Shown in pieces: positions 1-9,095 of a stretch of DNA of 57,724 bases. The DNA comes from an uncultured Bacilli bacterium. GTDB lineage: Bacteria; Bacillota_I; Bacilli_A; RF39; UBA660. The translations under genes and the position numbers were made by a program. Numbering within the stretch: position 1 is the stretch's first letter; the number at the start of each line of letters is the position of its first letter. The stretch spans positions 1 through 57,724 of the forward strand of contig CANQYO010000001.1 of NCBI GenBank assembly GCA_947628095.1. The letters run 5' to 3'. Below the pieces are notes generated by a model. That model was not told the DNA's origin. It saw only the letters and a program-made list of their open reading frames with translations, and ran no database searches.

Positions 1-46
1 CCTCCATTTGCGGGTTGGCAAATATTAGAGCCTTATAGGCTTAGTT

Positions 47-74
47 AAATCCACGTCTTTTAGGCGTGGATTTT
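47..74. terminator. Stem-loop (bidirectional terminator candidate) downstream of the HIT gene
   Basis: aaatccacg (47-55) is the exact reverse complement of cgtggattt (65-73); 9-nt loop; T-run follows on the + strand. Confidence 0.5.
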
Positions 75-76
75 AA

Positions 77-478
77 TTACTTATTATCAAGATTTATTTT
101 CTTTTGAATGACTTTTAAATCTTCTAAAATAGCTTTATTTGATAAATATTTTACTTCATCATTTTCATATCTTGGAATAAAATGGACATGGAAATGTTTA
201 ATTTCTTGAGCATATTCCATATTGGTAGTTAAGGTTAACCCAACACAATTTAATTTTTCTTTATAAACTTTATACATTCTATTAATCAAATCTTGCATTT
301 TAATTAATAAATCACTTGGTAATTCTTTAATATCTAAATAATGCTTTTTAGGAATAATTAAAGTATCTCCATTAGTTGTTGGGTTAATATCTAAAAAAAC
401 AAAAAAATCTTCATCTTCATAAATGACTTCTGAAGGAATTTCCTTATTCAATATTTTACAAAATAAACAATCTTTCAT
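77..478 (-). CDS. HIT-family (histidine triad) nucleotide-binding protein
   Basis: 133 aa; histidine triad HFHVHFIPR near the C-terminus; N-terminal CLFC motif typical of HIT proteins. Confidence 0.85.
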   Translation of the reverse strand: MKDCLFCKILNKEIPSEVIYEDEDFFVFLDINPTTNGDTLIIPKKHYLDIKELPSDLLIKMQDLINRMYKVYKEKLNCVGLTLTTNMEYAQEIKHFHVHFIPRYENDEVKYLSNKAILEDLKVIQKKINLDNK

Positions 479-639
479 AATTCACCTCATATAAATTATA
501 TCGAATTTTTAAACTGAAAACAATTATTATAGAATATTAATTTTATTTTTAAGAATAAAGTTTTAGAAAATATTAAAAAATAGTAGAAATTATTAAATTT
601 CTATGATAAAATAATCAAGTAATAAAAAAACTTATTAAA

Positions 640-803
640 TATTCGAAGTAATATTTAACAATTTATAGAAAGTTAAGGGTTGCTGGAACTTAATAATTGT
701 TGATATGAAAGGCTGCTTATTTAGAGTTTCGGGATACCGTTATAAAAATTAAGACCAAAATAGGATGGTAACGCGTTAATTCGCTCCTAAGTTGGTCTTT
801 TTT
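640..803 (+). promoter_or_regulatory. T-box-like leader upstream of the cmk-alaS operon (atypical architecture)
   Basis: AAUAGGAUGGUAACGCG (758-776) resembles the T-box consensus AAnnnGGGUGGUACCGCG. It folds as AGGA / 7-nt bulge UGGUAAC / GCG-loop-CGC / UCCU, like an antiterminator. An outer helix aagaccaa (751-758) / ttggtctt (792-799) is followed by a T-run. GCU triplets are present upstream. 5' boundary is approximate. Confidence 0.4.
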
Positions 804-825
804 ATGAATATGAGAAGGAGATATT

Positions 826-1485
826 ATGAAAAAAATAAGTATTGCAATTGATGGACCTGCAGGAGCTGGAAAAGGAACTATAGCCAAATTATTAGCTAAA
901 AAATTAGGTTATGTTTATATTGATACTGGAGCTATGTATCGAGCAACGGGTTTATATTATAGTAAACAAAATATTGATTTTTCTGATGAAAATAAAATTA
1001 ATGAATTAATTGATAATGTTGATATCAAGATGACTTATGATGCTGGAATTTTAAAAGTTTATTTAAATTCAGAAGATGTAACTGAAGAAATTCGTACGGA
1101 AGAAGCTAGTCGTGGAGCTAGCAAGGTTAGTGTTTTTCCTAAAGTTAGAGAAAAAATGGTTAAACTTCAACAACAAATGGCTGAAAGTCTTAATGTAATT
1201 ATGGAAGGTAGAGATATTGGAACGGTTGTATTACCAAATGCAACTTTAAAAATATTTCTAACTGCTAGTGTCGAAGTAAGAGCAGAAAGACGTTATAAAG
1301 AACAAATAGAAAAGGGCATGGATGTAACTTTAGAAGCTATAAAAAAAGATATAGAAGAAAGAGATTATCGTGATTCTCATCGTGAGACTAGTCCTTTAAA
1401 ACAAGCTCATGATGCAATCGTTGTTGATTCCTCTAATATGACAATTGATGAAGTAGTTGAAAGTATTTTAAAACTAATAAAGTAG
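826..1485 (+). CDS. cmk: Cytidylate kinase
   Basis: 219 aa; P-loop IAIDGPAGAGKGT at the N-terminus; GGAG RBS 8 nt upstream. Confidence 0.9.
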   Translation: MKKISIAIDGPAGAGKGTIAKLLAKKLGYVYIDTGAMYRATGLYYSKQNIDFSDENKINELIDNVDIKMTYDAGILKVYLNSEDVTEEIRTEEASRGASKVSVFPKVREKMVKLQQQMAESLNVIMEGRDIGTVVLPNATLKIFLTASVEVRAERRYKEQIEKGMDVTLEAIKKDIEERDYRDSHRETSPLKQAHDAIVVDSSNMTIDEVVESILKLIK

Positions 1486-1493
1486 GTGATAAT

Positions 1494-4172
1494 ATGAGAA
1501 AAATGACAAGTTTAGAAATTAGAAAAATGTGGTTAACTTATTTTGAAGAGAAAGGACATAAAATTGTTCCTAGTGCTCCATTAGTTCCTAAAGATGATGA
1601 TTCACTTCTTTGGATTAATGCTGGAGTAACACCTCTTAAAAAGTATTTTGATGGAACTTTAGTTCCAGATAATAGACGTCTTACTAACATTCAAAAATGT
1701 ATTCGTACTAATGATATTGAAAATGTTGGAGTAACAAGACGTCATCATACCTTCTTTGAAATGATGGGTAACTTTTCGATTGGTGATTATTTTAAAGAAG
1801 AAGCCATTGAATTTGCTTTTGAACTTTTAACTAGTGAAAAATGGTTTGCTATTCCACTTGAAAAATTATATTTTACATTATATCCTGAAGATTATGATGC
1901 TTATAATAAATGGAGAAGTTTAGGAGTTAAAGAAGACCATATAGTTAAATTAGAAGATAACTTTTGGGAAATTGGTGAAGGTCCATGTGGCCCTGATAGC
2001 GAAATTTTCTTTGACCGTGGGGAAAAGTATGACTATGATGGAAAAGCTTTAGAACATTTTAAAAAAGGCGAGGACAATGAAAGATATGTCGAGATTTGGA
2101 ATAATGTTTTTAGTCAATTTAATTCCAAAGAAGGCGTTCCACGAAGTGAATATAAAGAACTTCCAAGTAAAAACATTGATACGGGAGCAGGACTTGAGCG
2201 TTGGGCATGTATTTTTCAAGATGCTGATAGTAACTTTGATACAGATTTATTCTTACCAATCATTAAAAAAATTGAAGATTTAAGTGGTTCATTATATGAC
2301 TCTTCAATGCCTTTTAAAGTTATTGCTGACCATATTAGAGCTTTAACTTTTGCTCTTGCTGATGGAGCGGCCTTTGATAATGTAGGTCGTGGTTATATAT
2401 TAAGAAGATTACTTAGAAGAAGTGTTAGATATGGAAGAAAATTAGGACTTTTTGAACCATTTATGTATAAATTAGTACCTGAAGTTATTGATAATATGAA
2501 AGAGATTTATCCTTATTTATTAGATAAACAAAGTGAAATTGAAAAATTAATTGAAGAGGAAGAAAAATTATTCTTAAAAACTCTTAATGAAGGTGAAAAA
2601 CGTTTAGCTGAACTTATGAAGGAAGCTAAAGATAAAAAAATAAGTGGGGAAGCTGTTTTCAAATTATATGATACTTATGGTTTTCCATTTGAACTTACCT
2701 TAGAAGAACTTGAAGAAAATGGTTATACAACAGATAAACAAGAGTTTTTAGATTATATGCAAAAGCAAAAAGAATTATCTAAAAGTAATCAAAAGCAACA
2801 AGATTCAATGCAAAGTCAAAATGAACTATTATTAAATTATAAAGAGAATTCAGAATTTGTATATGAAGTATATGAATTAAAAAGTAAAATAATAACTTTA
2901 ATTAAGGACGATAAATTTGTTGATAGCATTAAATACGAAGGCTATATTGTTTTAGATAAAACTTGTTTCTATGCAACATCAGGTGGTGAAATAAGTGATA
3001 CAGGAATGATAATCGGAGAAAATTTTAAAGCTCGTGTTATTGATGTCTTTAAAGCTCCAAATGGTGAGCATATTCATAAAATTAAAGTATTAAATGGTGA
3101 AATTAAAAAGAATGATATGGTAGATTTATTACTTGATAAAGAAAGACGTTTAAATATTGAGGCTAATCATTCAACAGTTCATATTTTACAACTTGCTCTT
3201 CAAACTTTAATTGATAAAGATATTGAACAAGCTGGTTCTTATGTTTCAGATACTTATTTAAGATTTGATTTTACTTATCGTGGTAAAATAAGTGATACTG
3301 ATTTAATTAAAGTAGAAGAATTTGTAAATGATTATATTGCAAAAGACTATAAACGTGTAACGGAAATAAAGAATTTAGATGAAATAGATAAAGATAGTGT
3401 TATGGCTTTATTTACTGAAAAATATAAAGATAAAGTTCGTTTAGTAACAATTAATGATTCTAAGGAATTATGTGGTGGATGTCATGTTAAAAAAACTTCA
3501 GAAATCAAAAAATTTGCTATTGTAGGACTTGAAAATAAAGGTAGCAATACATATAGAATTATGGGTGCAACTAAAGATAGTATTGAGACTAATCTTTTAA
3601 AAGTTGCTAAACCATATAACGATAATATAGTAAAGAATATTATGAAAGCTAAAGAAATTAAATCACTTGCAAAACTTGATAATATTAAATTAGATATTGA
3701 TATTAAATATGATAATGTTAAACCAATGTCTTATAAAGATATCGTTTTACTTAAAAAGAAAGATAATGAAATAGCTGAACTTGTTAAAGATGAACAAAAA
3801 AAATATCAGAAATTAAAATCTGAAGCAGCTGTTTCAAATATCAAAGAATACGAAGATAAAATTGAAAAGATAAATGGTATTAATTTATTACTTAAAGAAG
3901 TAAAAAATGAAGATATGGATGCAATAAAAAATATTTTAGATACTCTTGCTAATAAATATGATAATTTCTTTGGTTTAATTGCTAATAATGATTCTTCTAA
4001 AGTAACTTATACTGCTAGAAGTAATTCTAAAATAAATGCTTCTCAAATAGTTAAGTTGATTGCAACTAAAACTAATGGTAATGGAGGGGGTTCCAATACT
4101 TTTGCTCGAGGAGCCGGAAAAGATACTCGAGATATTCAAAATATTTTTCAAGAAATTCATGATGGTATTTAA
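1494..4172 (+). CDS. alaS: Alanine--tRNA ligase
   Basis: 892 aa; class II AlaRS N-terminal core (FFEMMGNFSIGDYFK, WNNVFSQF), editing-domain HSTVH and CGGCH motifs, C-terminal DHHA1-like GGGS region. Confidence 0.95.
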   Translation: MRKMTSLEIRKMWLTYFEEKGHKIVPSAPLVPKDDDSLLWINAGVTPLKKYFDGTLVPDNRRLTNIQKCIRTNDIENVGVTRRHHTFFEMMGNFSIGDYFKEEAIEFAFELLTSEKWFAIPLEKLYFTLYPEDYDAYNKWRSLGVKEDHIVKLEDNFWEIGEGPCGPDSEIFFDRGEKYDYDGKALEHFKKGEDNERYVEIWNNVFSQFNSKEGVPRSEYKELPSKNIDTGAGLERWACIFQDADSNFDTDLFLPIIKKIEDLSGSLYDSSMPFKVIADHIRALTFALADGAAFDNVGRGYILRRLLRRSVRYGRKLGLFEPFMYKLVPEVIDNMKEIYPYLLDKQSEIEKLIEEEEKLFLKTLNEGEKRLAELMKEAKDKKISGEAVFKLYDTYGFPFELTLEELEENGYTTDKQEFLDYMQKQKELSKSNQKQQDSMQSQNELLLNYKENSEFVYEVYELKSKIITLIKDDKFVDSIKYEGYIVLDKTCFYATSGGEISDTGMIIGENFKARVIDVFKAPNGEHIHKIKVLNGEIKKNDMVDLLLDKERRLNIEANHSTVHILQLALQTLIDKDIEQAGSYVSDTYLRFDFTYRGKISDTDLIKVEEFVNDYIAKDYKRVTEIKNLDEIDKDSVMALFTEKYKDKVRLVTINDSKELCGGCHVKKTSEIKKFAIVGLENKGSNTYRIMGATKDSIETNLLKVAKPYNDNIVKNIMKAKEIKSLAKLDNIKLDIDIKYDNVKPMSYKDIVLLKKKDNEIAELVKDEQKKYQKLKSEAAVSNIKEYEDKIEKINGINLLLKEVKNEDMDAIKNILDTLANKYDNFFGLIANNDSSKVTYTARSNSKINASQIVKLIATKTNGNGGGSNTFARGAGKDTRDIQNIFQEIHDGI

Positions 4173-4174
4173 AA

Positions 4175-5089
4175 ATGGAAAGACTATTTTTAATTGAAGG
4201 TGAAAATGAAGTTTTAATTCAAAAAGAAATAGATAAAATTCTAAAACCACTTCATGATATCGAAATTATAAATTATGATTTAAGTGTTACAAGTATTTTC
4301 AATGTTATAGAAACTTTAGATACATATGATATGTTTTTACGAAAGAAAGTTGTAATTTGTCAAAATCCTACTTTTTTAGAAGAAAAAGATGAAAGTTTTA
4401 ATTTAAATATATTTCAAAAATACATTGAAAATCCAAGTGATAATATCTTAATTTTAGTTGCAAACAAAATTAATAACCGATTAAAATTAGTAACATTAGT
4501 TAAGAAATATTTTAAATATTTAAAAGTTAATGAATTGAATTTAGAAAACTTTGTAAAAGAAAATCTTGAAGATTATAAAATGAGTCCTATGCTAATTAGT
4601 TATTTTATAAATAGAGTAGGTAAAGATTATAATAATATACAAGAAGAATTAAATAAATTAAAATTTTATAAGTTAGAAACTAAGACTATTCTAAAAGAAG
4701 ATATTGATTTAATAACTCGTGAAAATTTAGAAGCTTCAATTTTTGATTTAATAGAAGCCATTGTCAAAAAAGATAAAAAGAGAAGTTATGAACTTTATAA
4801 TTATTTTATTACAAATGGAACAGAAATTTTTCAAATATTGGTTTTACTTGCTAATCAAATTAGATTAATTTATAATGTAAAAGTTTTAACTAATAAAAGT
4901 GACCAAGAAATTAGTAAAATTTTAGATGTTCATGAATATCCTGTAAAACTTGCTAGAAGAAAAGCTAATTTTTATAAAAAGAATGAGTTATTAGAATTAA
5001 TGGAAAAACTTGCAGGTTTAGATTTTGATATAAAAAGTGGAAAACAATTACCAGATATTTGTTTTTTAACCTTTATAATGTCAATGTAA
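4175..5089 (+). CDS. holA: DNA polymerase III delta subunit (HolA-like)
   Basis: 304 aa; N-terminus LFLIEGENEVLIQKEIDKI and C-terminal ILDVHEYPVKLARRKA resemble HolA family signatures; recognised by eye only. Confidence 0.55.
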   Translation: MERLFLIEGENEVLIQKEIDKILKPLHDIEIINYDLSVTSIFNVIETLDTYDMFLRKKVVICQNPTFLEEKDESFNLNIFQKYIENPSDNILILVANKINNRLKLVTLVKKYFKYLKVNELNLENFVKENLEDYKMSPMLISYFINRVGKDYNNIQEELNKLKFYKLETKTILKEDIDLITRENLEASIFDLIEAIVKKDKKRSYELYNYFITNGTEIFQILVLLANQIRLIYNVKVLTNKSDQEISKILDVHEYPVKLARRKANFYKKNELLELMEKLAGLDFDIKSGKQLPDICFLTFIMSM

Positions 5090-5090
5090 A

Positions 5091-5116
5091 AATCACTTTA
5101 AATAGTGATTTTTTTC
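5091..5116 (+). terminator. Rho-independent terminator after holA
   Basis: aatcact (5091-5097) / agtgatt (5104-5110), 6-nt loop, followed by ttttt. Confidence 0.7.
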
Positions 5117-5174
5117 ATATTAATATTATTGCAATTTTAAGAAGACTATGATAATCTTTAGTTGTGGAGGATTT

Positions 5175-5801
5175 ATGAAGGAAGTTATTTTAAAACATCC
5201 AATGATTGAACATAAAATTTCAATTCTAAGAAATGAAAAAACTAGTACCAAAGAATTTCGTGAATTAATAAGTGAAATTGCTAGTATTCTTTGTTTAGAA
5301 GCTTTGAAAGATGCAAAATTAGAAGAGATTACAGTCAAAACACCAATTACTCTTACTAAAGGTTATCGAATTAACGAAGATAATTATGCTTTTGTACCTA
5401 TTTTAAGAGCTGGTATGGGAATGGTTGATGGAGTTTTAAGGTTGATGCCAACTGCTAAAATTGGACATATCGGTCTTTATCGTAATGAAAAAACTTTAGA
5501 ACCAGTTGAATATTATTGTAAATTACCAAATAATATTGAAGAAAAAACAGTTATTCTTTTAGACCCAATGTTAGCAACGGGAGGAAGTGCTGTTAATGCT
5601 ATTTCCAAACTTAAAGATAGAGGGGTTAAAAAGATAAAATTTTTATCAATTATTTCAGCACCTGCAGGAATTAAGAAAATTCAAGAGACATATCCTGATG
5701 TTGAAATATATACAGCATATCTTGATAAAGAATTAAATGAATTTGGTTATATTGTTCCAGGTTTAGGAGATGCTGGAGATAGAATTTATGGAACTAAATA
5801 G
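5175..5801 (+). CDS. upp: Uracil phosphoribosyltransferase
   Basis: The ORF track starts at 5148. The ATG at 5175 (MKEVILKHPMIEHK) follows a GGAGG RBS and fits the Upp N-terminus. PRPP-binding loop VILLDPMLATGGSA and C-terminal GDAGDRIYGTK. Confidence 0.9.
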   Translation: MKEVILKHPMIEHKISILRNEKTSTKEFRELISEIASILCLEALKDAKLEEITVKTPITLTKGYRINEDNYAFVPILRAGMGMVDGVLRLMPTAKIGHIGLYRNEKTLEPVEYYCKLPNNIEEKTVILLDPMLATGGSAVNAISKLKDRGVKKIKFLSIISAPAGIKKIQETYPDVEIYTAYLDKELNEFGYIVPGLGDAGDRIYGTK

Positions 5802-5809
5802 GAGGTAAA

Positions 5810-6214
5810 ATGAAAGAATTTTTTAAAGAATTTAAAGAATTTATATCGCGAGGTAATGTAATTGATTTAGCAATTGCAGTTGTTATAGGTAATGCTTTTA
5901 ATGCAATAGTAAGTAGTTTAGTTAATGATATTATTATGCCAATGATGGGAATAGTAATAGGAGGAATTAATTTTTCAGAACTTAATATAATTTATGGTTC
6001 TTCGGTTTTAAGAATTGGTTTATTTATTCAAAACATTATTAATTTTTTAATTATAGCTTTATCAATTTTTGTAGCAATTAAATTAGTAACAGTTTTAACA
6101 CATAAAAAGAAAGCAGAAAAAGATAAACCAGCACCACCTAAAAAGCCAGATGATATTCTTTTACTTGAAGAAATTAGAGATTTATTAAAAAAGGAAAGTA
6201 AAAAAGAAAAATAA
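5810..6214 (+). CDS. mscL: Large-conductance mechanosensitive channel
   Basis: 134 aa; FKEFISRGNVIDLAIAVVIGNAF signature, two TM segments, charged C-terminal tail. Confidence 0.9.
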   Translation: MKEFFKEFKEFISRGNVIDLAIAVVIGNAFNAIVSSLVNDIIMPMMGIVIGGINFSELNIIYGSSVLRIGLFIQNIINFLIIALSIFVAIKLVTVLTHKKKAEKDKPAPPKKPDDILLLEEIRDLLKKESKKEK

Positions 6215-6247
6215 AAAAAGGTACCAACAAGGTACTTTTTAATTTTT
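6215..6247 (+). terminator. Rho-independent terminator after mscL
   Basis: A-run + gtacc / ggtac stem with caaca-type loop, followed by a T-run. Confidence 0.7.
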
Positions 6248-6334
6248 TTACATATAAATTATGCTACATATAAATGCTGCTATCATTATTAATAATAAAA
6301 TCCATGTTATAATTTGGACAGTTTTCTTTTTCAT
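6248..6334 (-). CDS. Possible 28-aa hydrophobic peptide (not in the ORF track)
   Basis: Hand translation gives MKKKTVQIITWILLLIMIAAFICSIIYM*; GAGGTG RBS 4 nt upstream of the ATG; single TM segment. Confidence 0.3.
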   Translation of the reverse strand: MKKKTVQIITWILLLIMIAAFICSIIYM

Positions 6335-6480
6335 AAACACCTCATGTATATTATACAAGTAATAATTAATAATTTCAACTAATAATGAAATATTTCAAAA
6401 ACGTTAAATTGACGTTTGTCACTTATTTGTAATTTACTTATTTTGTTTTACATGTTATACTTATATGAGAGAGTGATAAC

Positions 6481-7875
6481 ATGAATCAAAAGCGAGAACT
6501 TATAAAAAACACTTTGATTATTTCGATAGGAAAGTTTAGTACGCAGATAGTTAGTTTTTTATTACTACCACTTTATACTAGTTTACTTACAACTAGCGAA
6601 TATGGTGAATATGATTTATTAAATACGATATCAATTTTCTTAATTCCATGTGTTACTTTATTAATGGAAGAAGGAATGTTTCGTTTTTTAATTGATAGTG
6701 ATACAGATGCTCTTAAAAGCAAAGTTTTTTCAGCAACGATTATATTTTCAATATTTAGTTTTCTTGCTTGGAGTATTGTTTTATTTGTTGTTGGAAAAAT
6801 TATTAATTATCCTTATATAATTTATTTGATTTTCTATATTTTAGCTAGTCTTTTATCTGCTTTAGCTGGTTCAGCAGCTAGAGGGTTAAGTCGTTTTAAG
6901 CTATATTCCGTTTTCTGTTTTTTATCAAGCTTTTTTACGATTATTTTAAATATTGTTTTCATTGCTTATTTAAAACTAGGTTTAATTAGTTTATTCTTAT
7001 CATATATAATTGCTAATTCTTTAGTATCAATTTGGTTACTTTTAAAAATAAAAATATATAAATATGCTAATTTTAAAAATTTAGATAAAAAGAAAGTTAA
7101 AGAAATGATTAAATATTCTTTACCTTTAGTACCTAACAGTATTTCTTGGAATGCTATTGCTTTAACTGATAGATTAGTAATCATTAATTTTTTAGGAGAA
7201 GGAAAAAACGGAGTATATTCTGTTGGTAATAGATTTCCAACTATAATCAATACTTGTTATAGTTATTTCAATTTATCTTGGAAGGAATCAGCTAGTAAAG
7301 TTGTAAAAAAAGCTGATAAAGATGATTTTTATAATAGCGTCTTTATAGAACTAAAACATTTTTTAATGTCGATTTCTATTTTGATTATTGCTTTTTTACC
7401 GTTTATTTTTAATATTTTGATTAAAAATGATTACCGAGAAGCTTATTATTATATTCCTCTTATGGTTATTGCTGTTTATTTTTCAAATATGTCAAATTTT
7501 TGTAGTGGAATATTTTCAGCTTATAAAGATACCAAAATATTAGCTAAGACAACTATAGTTGCTACTATAGTTAACTTATGTGTTGGTTTTTCTTTGATTA
7601 AATATTTAGGACTTTATGCTCCTATTTTAGGAACTTTAACAGCATATATTGTAATTTATTTTTATCGTAATTATAAACTAAGAAAATATATAGTTTTAAA
7701 AAAAGATAATTACTTATTTTTAAGTATGCTTGTTTTAGTATCTGTAACGGCTTGTTATTACAGTAAAAATATCTTTTTAATAATTATGAGTTCTTTAATC
7801 GCATTAATTTATTCATGTTATTTAAATAAATCCTTTATTAAATTAATATTCAAGAAAATATGGAGGAAACAGTAG
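6481..7875 (+). CDS. Polysaccharide/oligosaccharide flippase (MOP/Wzx-like, multi-TM)
   Basis: 464 aa; about 12-14 predicted TM helices; N-terminus KNTLIISIGKFSTQIVSFLLLPLYTSLL is typical of the Wzx/polysaccharide biosynthesis protein family. Confidence 0.65.
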   Translation: MNQKRELIKNTLIISIGKFSTQIVSFLLLPLYTSLLTTSEYGEYDLLNTISIFLIPCVTLLMEEGMFRFLIDSDTDALKSKVFSATIIFSIFSFLAWSIVLFVVGKIINYPYIIYLIFYILASLLSALAGSAARGLSRFKLYSVFCFLSSFFTIILNIVFIAYLKLGLISLFLSYIIANSLVSIWLLLKIKIYKYANFKNLDKKKVKEMIKYSLPLVPNSISWNAIALTDRLVIINFLGEGKNGVYSVGNRFPTIINTCYSYFNLSWKESASKVVKKADKDDFYNSVFIELKHFLMSISILIIAFLPFIFNILIKNDYREAYYYIPLMVIAVYFSNMSNFCSGIFSAYKDTKILAKTTIVATIVNLCVGFSLIKYLGLYAPILGTLTAYIVIYFYRNYKLRKYIVLKKDNYLFLSMLVLVSVTACYYSKNIFLIIMSSLIALIYSCYLNKSFIKLIFKKIWRKQ

Positions 7876-7878
7876 TAT

Positions 7879-9084
7879 ATGTTAGCATTAAAAATCATTG
7901 TTAAAATTTTTAATATATTTGTTATTTTATATGGACTATATTATGGTATTCTAGCAATATTCCCTTTGTTTAAAAAAAGTAAAGAATCAAAAGAGAAGAA
8001 ACCATTTTATAAATTTTTAGTTTTAATTGCTGCTAGAAATGAAGAAGCTGTAATAGGGGAGTTAATAGATAGTTTAAAAAAACAAAATTATCCTAAAGAA
8101 ATGTATAAAATATTAGTAGTTCCAAATAATTGTACTGATAAAACTAAAGAAGTTTGCCTTAAAAAAGGAGCTGAAGTTTTAGAAATAAAAGAAAAAGTTA
8201 AGAGTAAAGGTGATGTTTTAAATTACGTATTTAAAAAATATAAAAACGATAAAAGTTTTGATGCATATGCTATTTTTGATGCTGATAATGTTGTTCATCC
8301 AGATTTTTTAAAGGAAATGAATACTGAACTTTTAAATGGTTATCGTGTTATTCAAGGTTTTAGAGATACTAAGAATTTATATGATAATTGGTTAACAAAT
8401 GGTTATGCTATATTTTATTATTTACAAAATTTATTTCTTTATAAAACTAGAATAAATATCAATCAAAGTGCTAATATTAATGGAACCGGTTATGTTCTTT
8501 TAAAAGATGTTATAACTGATACTAATTATGTTTCAACAACTTTAACTGAAGATATTGAACTTACAGCTCTTTGTGCTTCAAATGATATTAAAATTGGTTA
8601 TACAGAAAAAGCTATTTTTTATGATGAACAAGTATCACATGTTATACCATCATTTAAGCAAAGATTACGTTGGACGGTAGGAATGTTACAAACTTTAAAA
8701 AAATATTTTAAAACTTTGATAAAAGGCTTTAAAGAACATAAAAATTTGCATGTCATTGATTCATTAGCAATTTATGTTGCTCCATATTTGCAAATCGTTA
8801 TGACTATTATAGGGGTTGTAGCTTTTATCATTCGCCCAAAGATTTTGGGGTTATTAATAGTTACTTTATTATCATATCTTGCAATGGTAATTGTTTCGAT
8901 TTATTTAGTTATTCATTATAAAAAGAATTTAAAAAAATCTTTTCCAGGAGTTATATTATTTCCAGTTTTCAATTTTATAGGTATGTTAACAGTTTTTGTA
9001 GCAATTTTTAAATCTGATATGAAATGGCATGAAATTAAACATACAAGAAAATTAGATATAAATGATGTTTTAAATAATAACTAA
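7879..9084 (+). CDS. Membrane-embedded family-2 glycosyltransferase with processive-synthase motifs
   Basis: 401 aa; GT2 motifs FDADN, TEDIELT and Q-x-x-RW (QRLRW); one N-terminal and several C-terminal TM helices. Confidence 0.75.
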   Translation: MLALKIIVKIFNIFVILYGLYYGILAIFPLFKKSKESKEKKPFYKFLVLIAARNEEAVIGELIDSLKKQNYPKEMYKILVVPNNCTDKTKEVCLKKGAEVLEIKEKVKSKGDVLNYVFKKYKNDKSFDAYAIFDADNVVHPDFLKEMNTELLNGYRVIQGFRDTKNLYDNWLTNGYAIFYYLQNLFLYKTRININQSANINGTGYVLLKDVITDTNYVSTTLTEDIELTALCASNDIKIGYTEKAIFYDEQVSHVIPSFKQRLRWTVGMLQTLKKYFKTLIKGFKEHKNLHVIDSLAIYVAPYLQIVMTIIGVVAFIIRPKILGLLIVTLLSYLAMVIVSIYLVIHYKKNLKKSFPGVILFPVFNFIGMLTVFVAIFKSDMKWHEIKHTRKLDINDVLNNN

Positions 9085-9095
9085 GGAGAATATAT

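Noticed and set aside
1-46. Possible 3' end of an RNA gene (the window begins CCTCCA..., followed by a hairpin terminator)
   Set aside because: There is too little sequence to recognise any tRNA, tmRNA or other RNA fold, so the observation could not be supported.
2077-2283. Short ORFs nested in or antisense to long conserved genes (2077-2283, 3975-4250, 5126-5338, 6966-7250, 11807-11995, 12093-12284, 25880-26062, 26168-26392, 39362-39553, 44897-45130, 49860-50072, 50632-50931, 51588-51851)
   Set aside because: Each lies inside a confidently identified gene (alaS, upp, wzx-like, rarA, mnmA, valS, lepA, ligA or the nucleotidyltransferase). Their translations are low-complexity or Ile/Phe/Leu/Ser-rich, as expected for shadow frames in AT-rich DNA, and none has an RBS.
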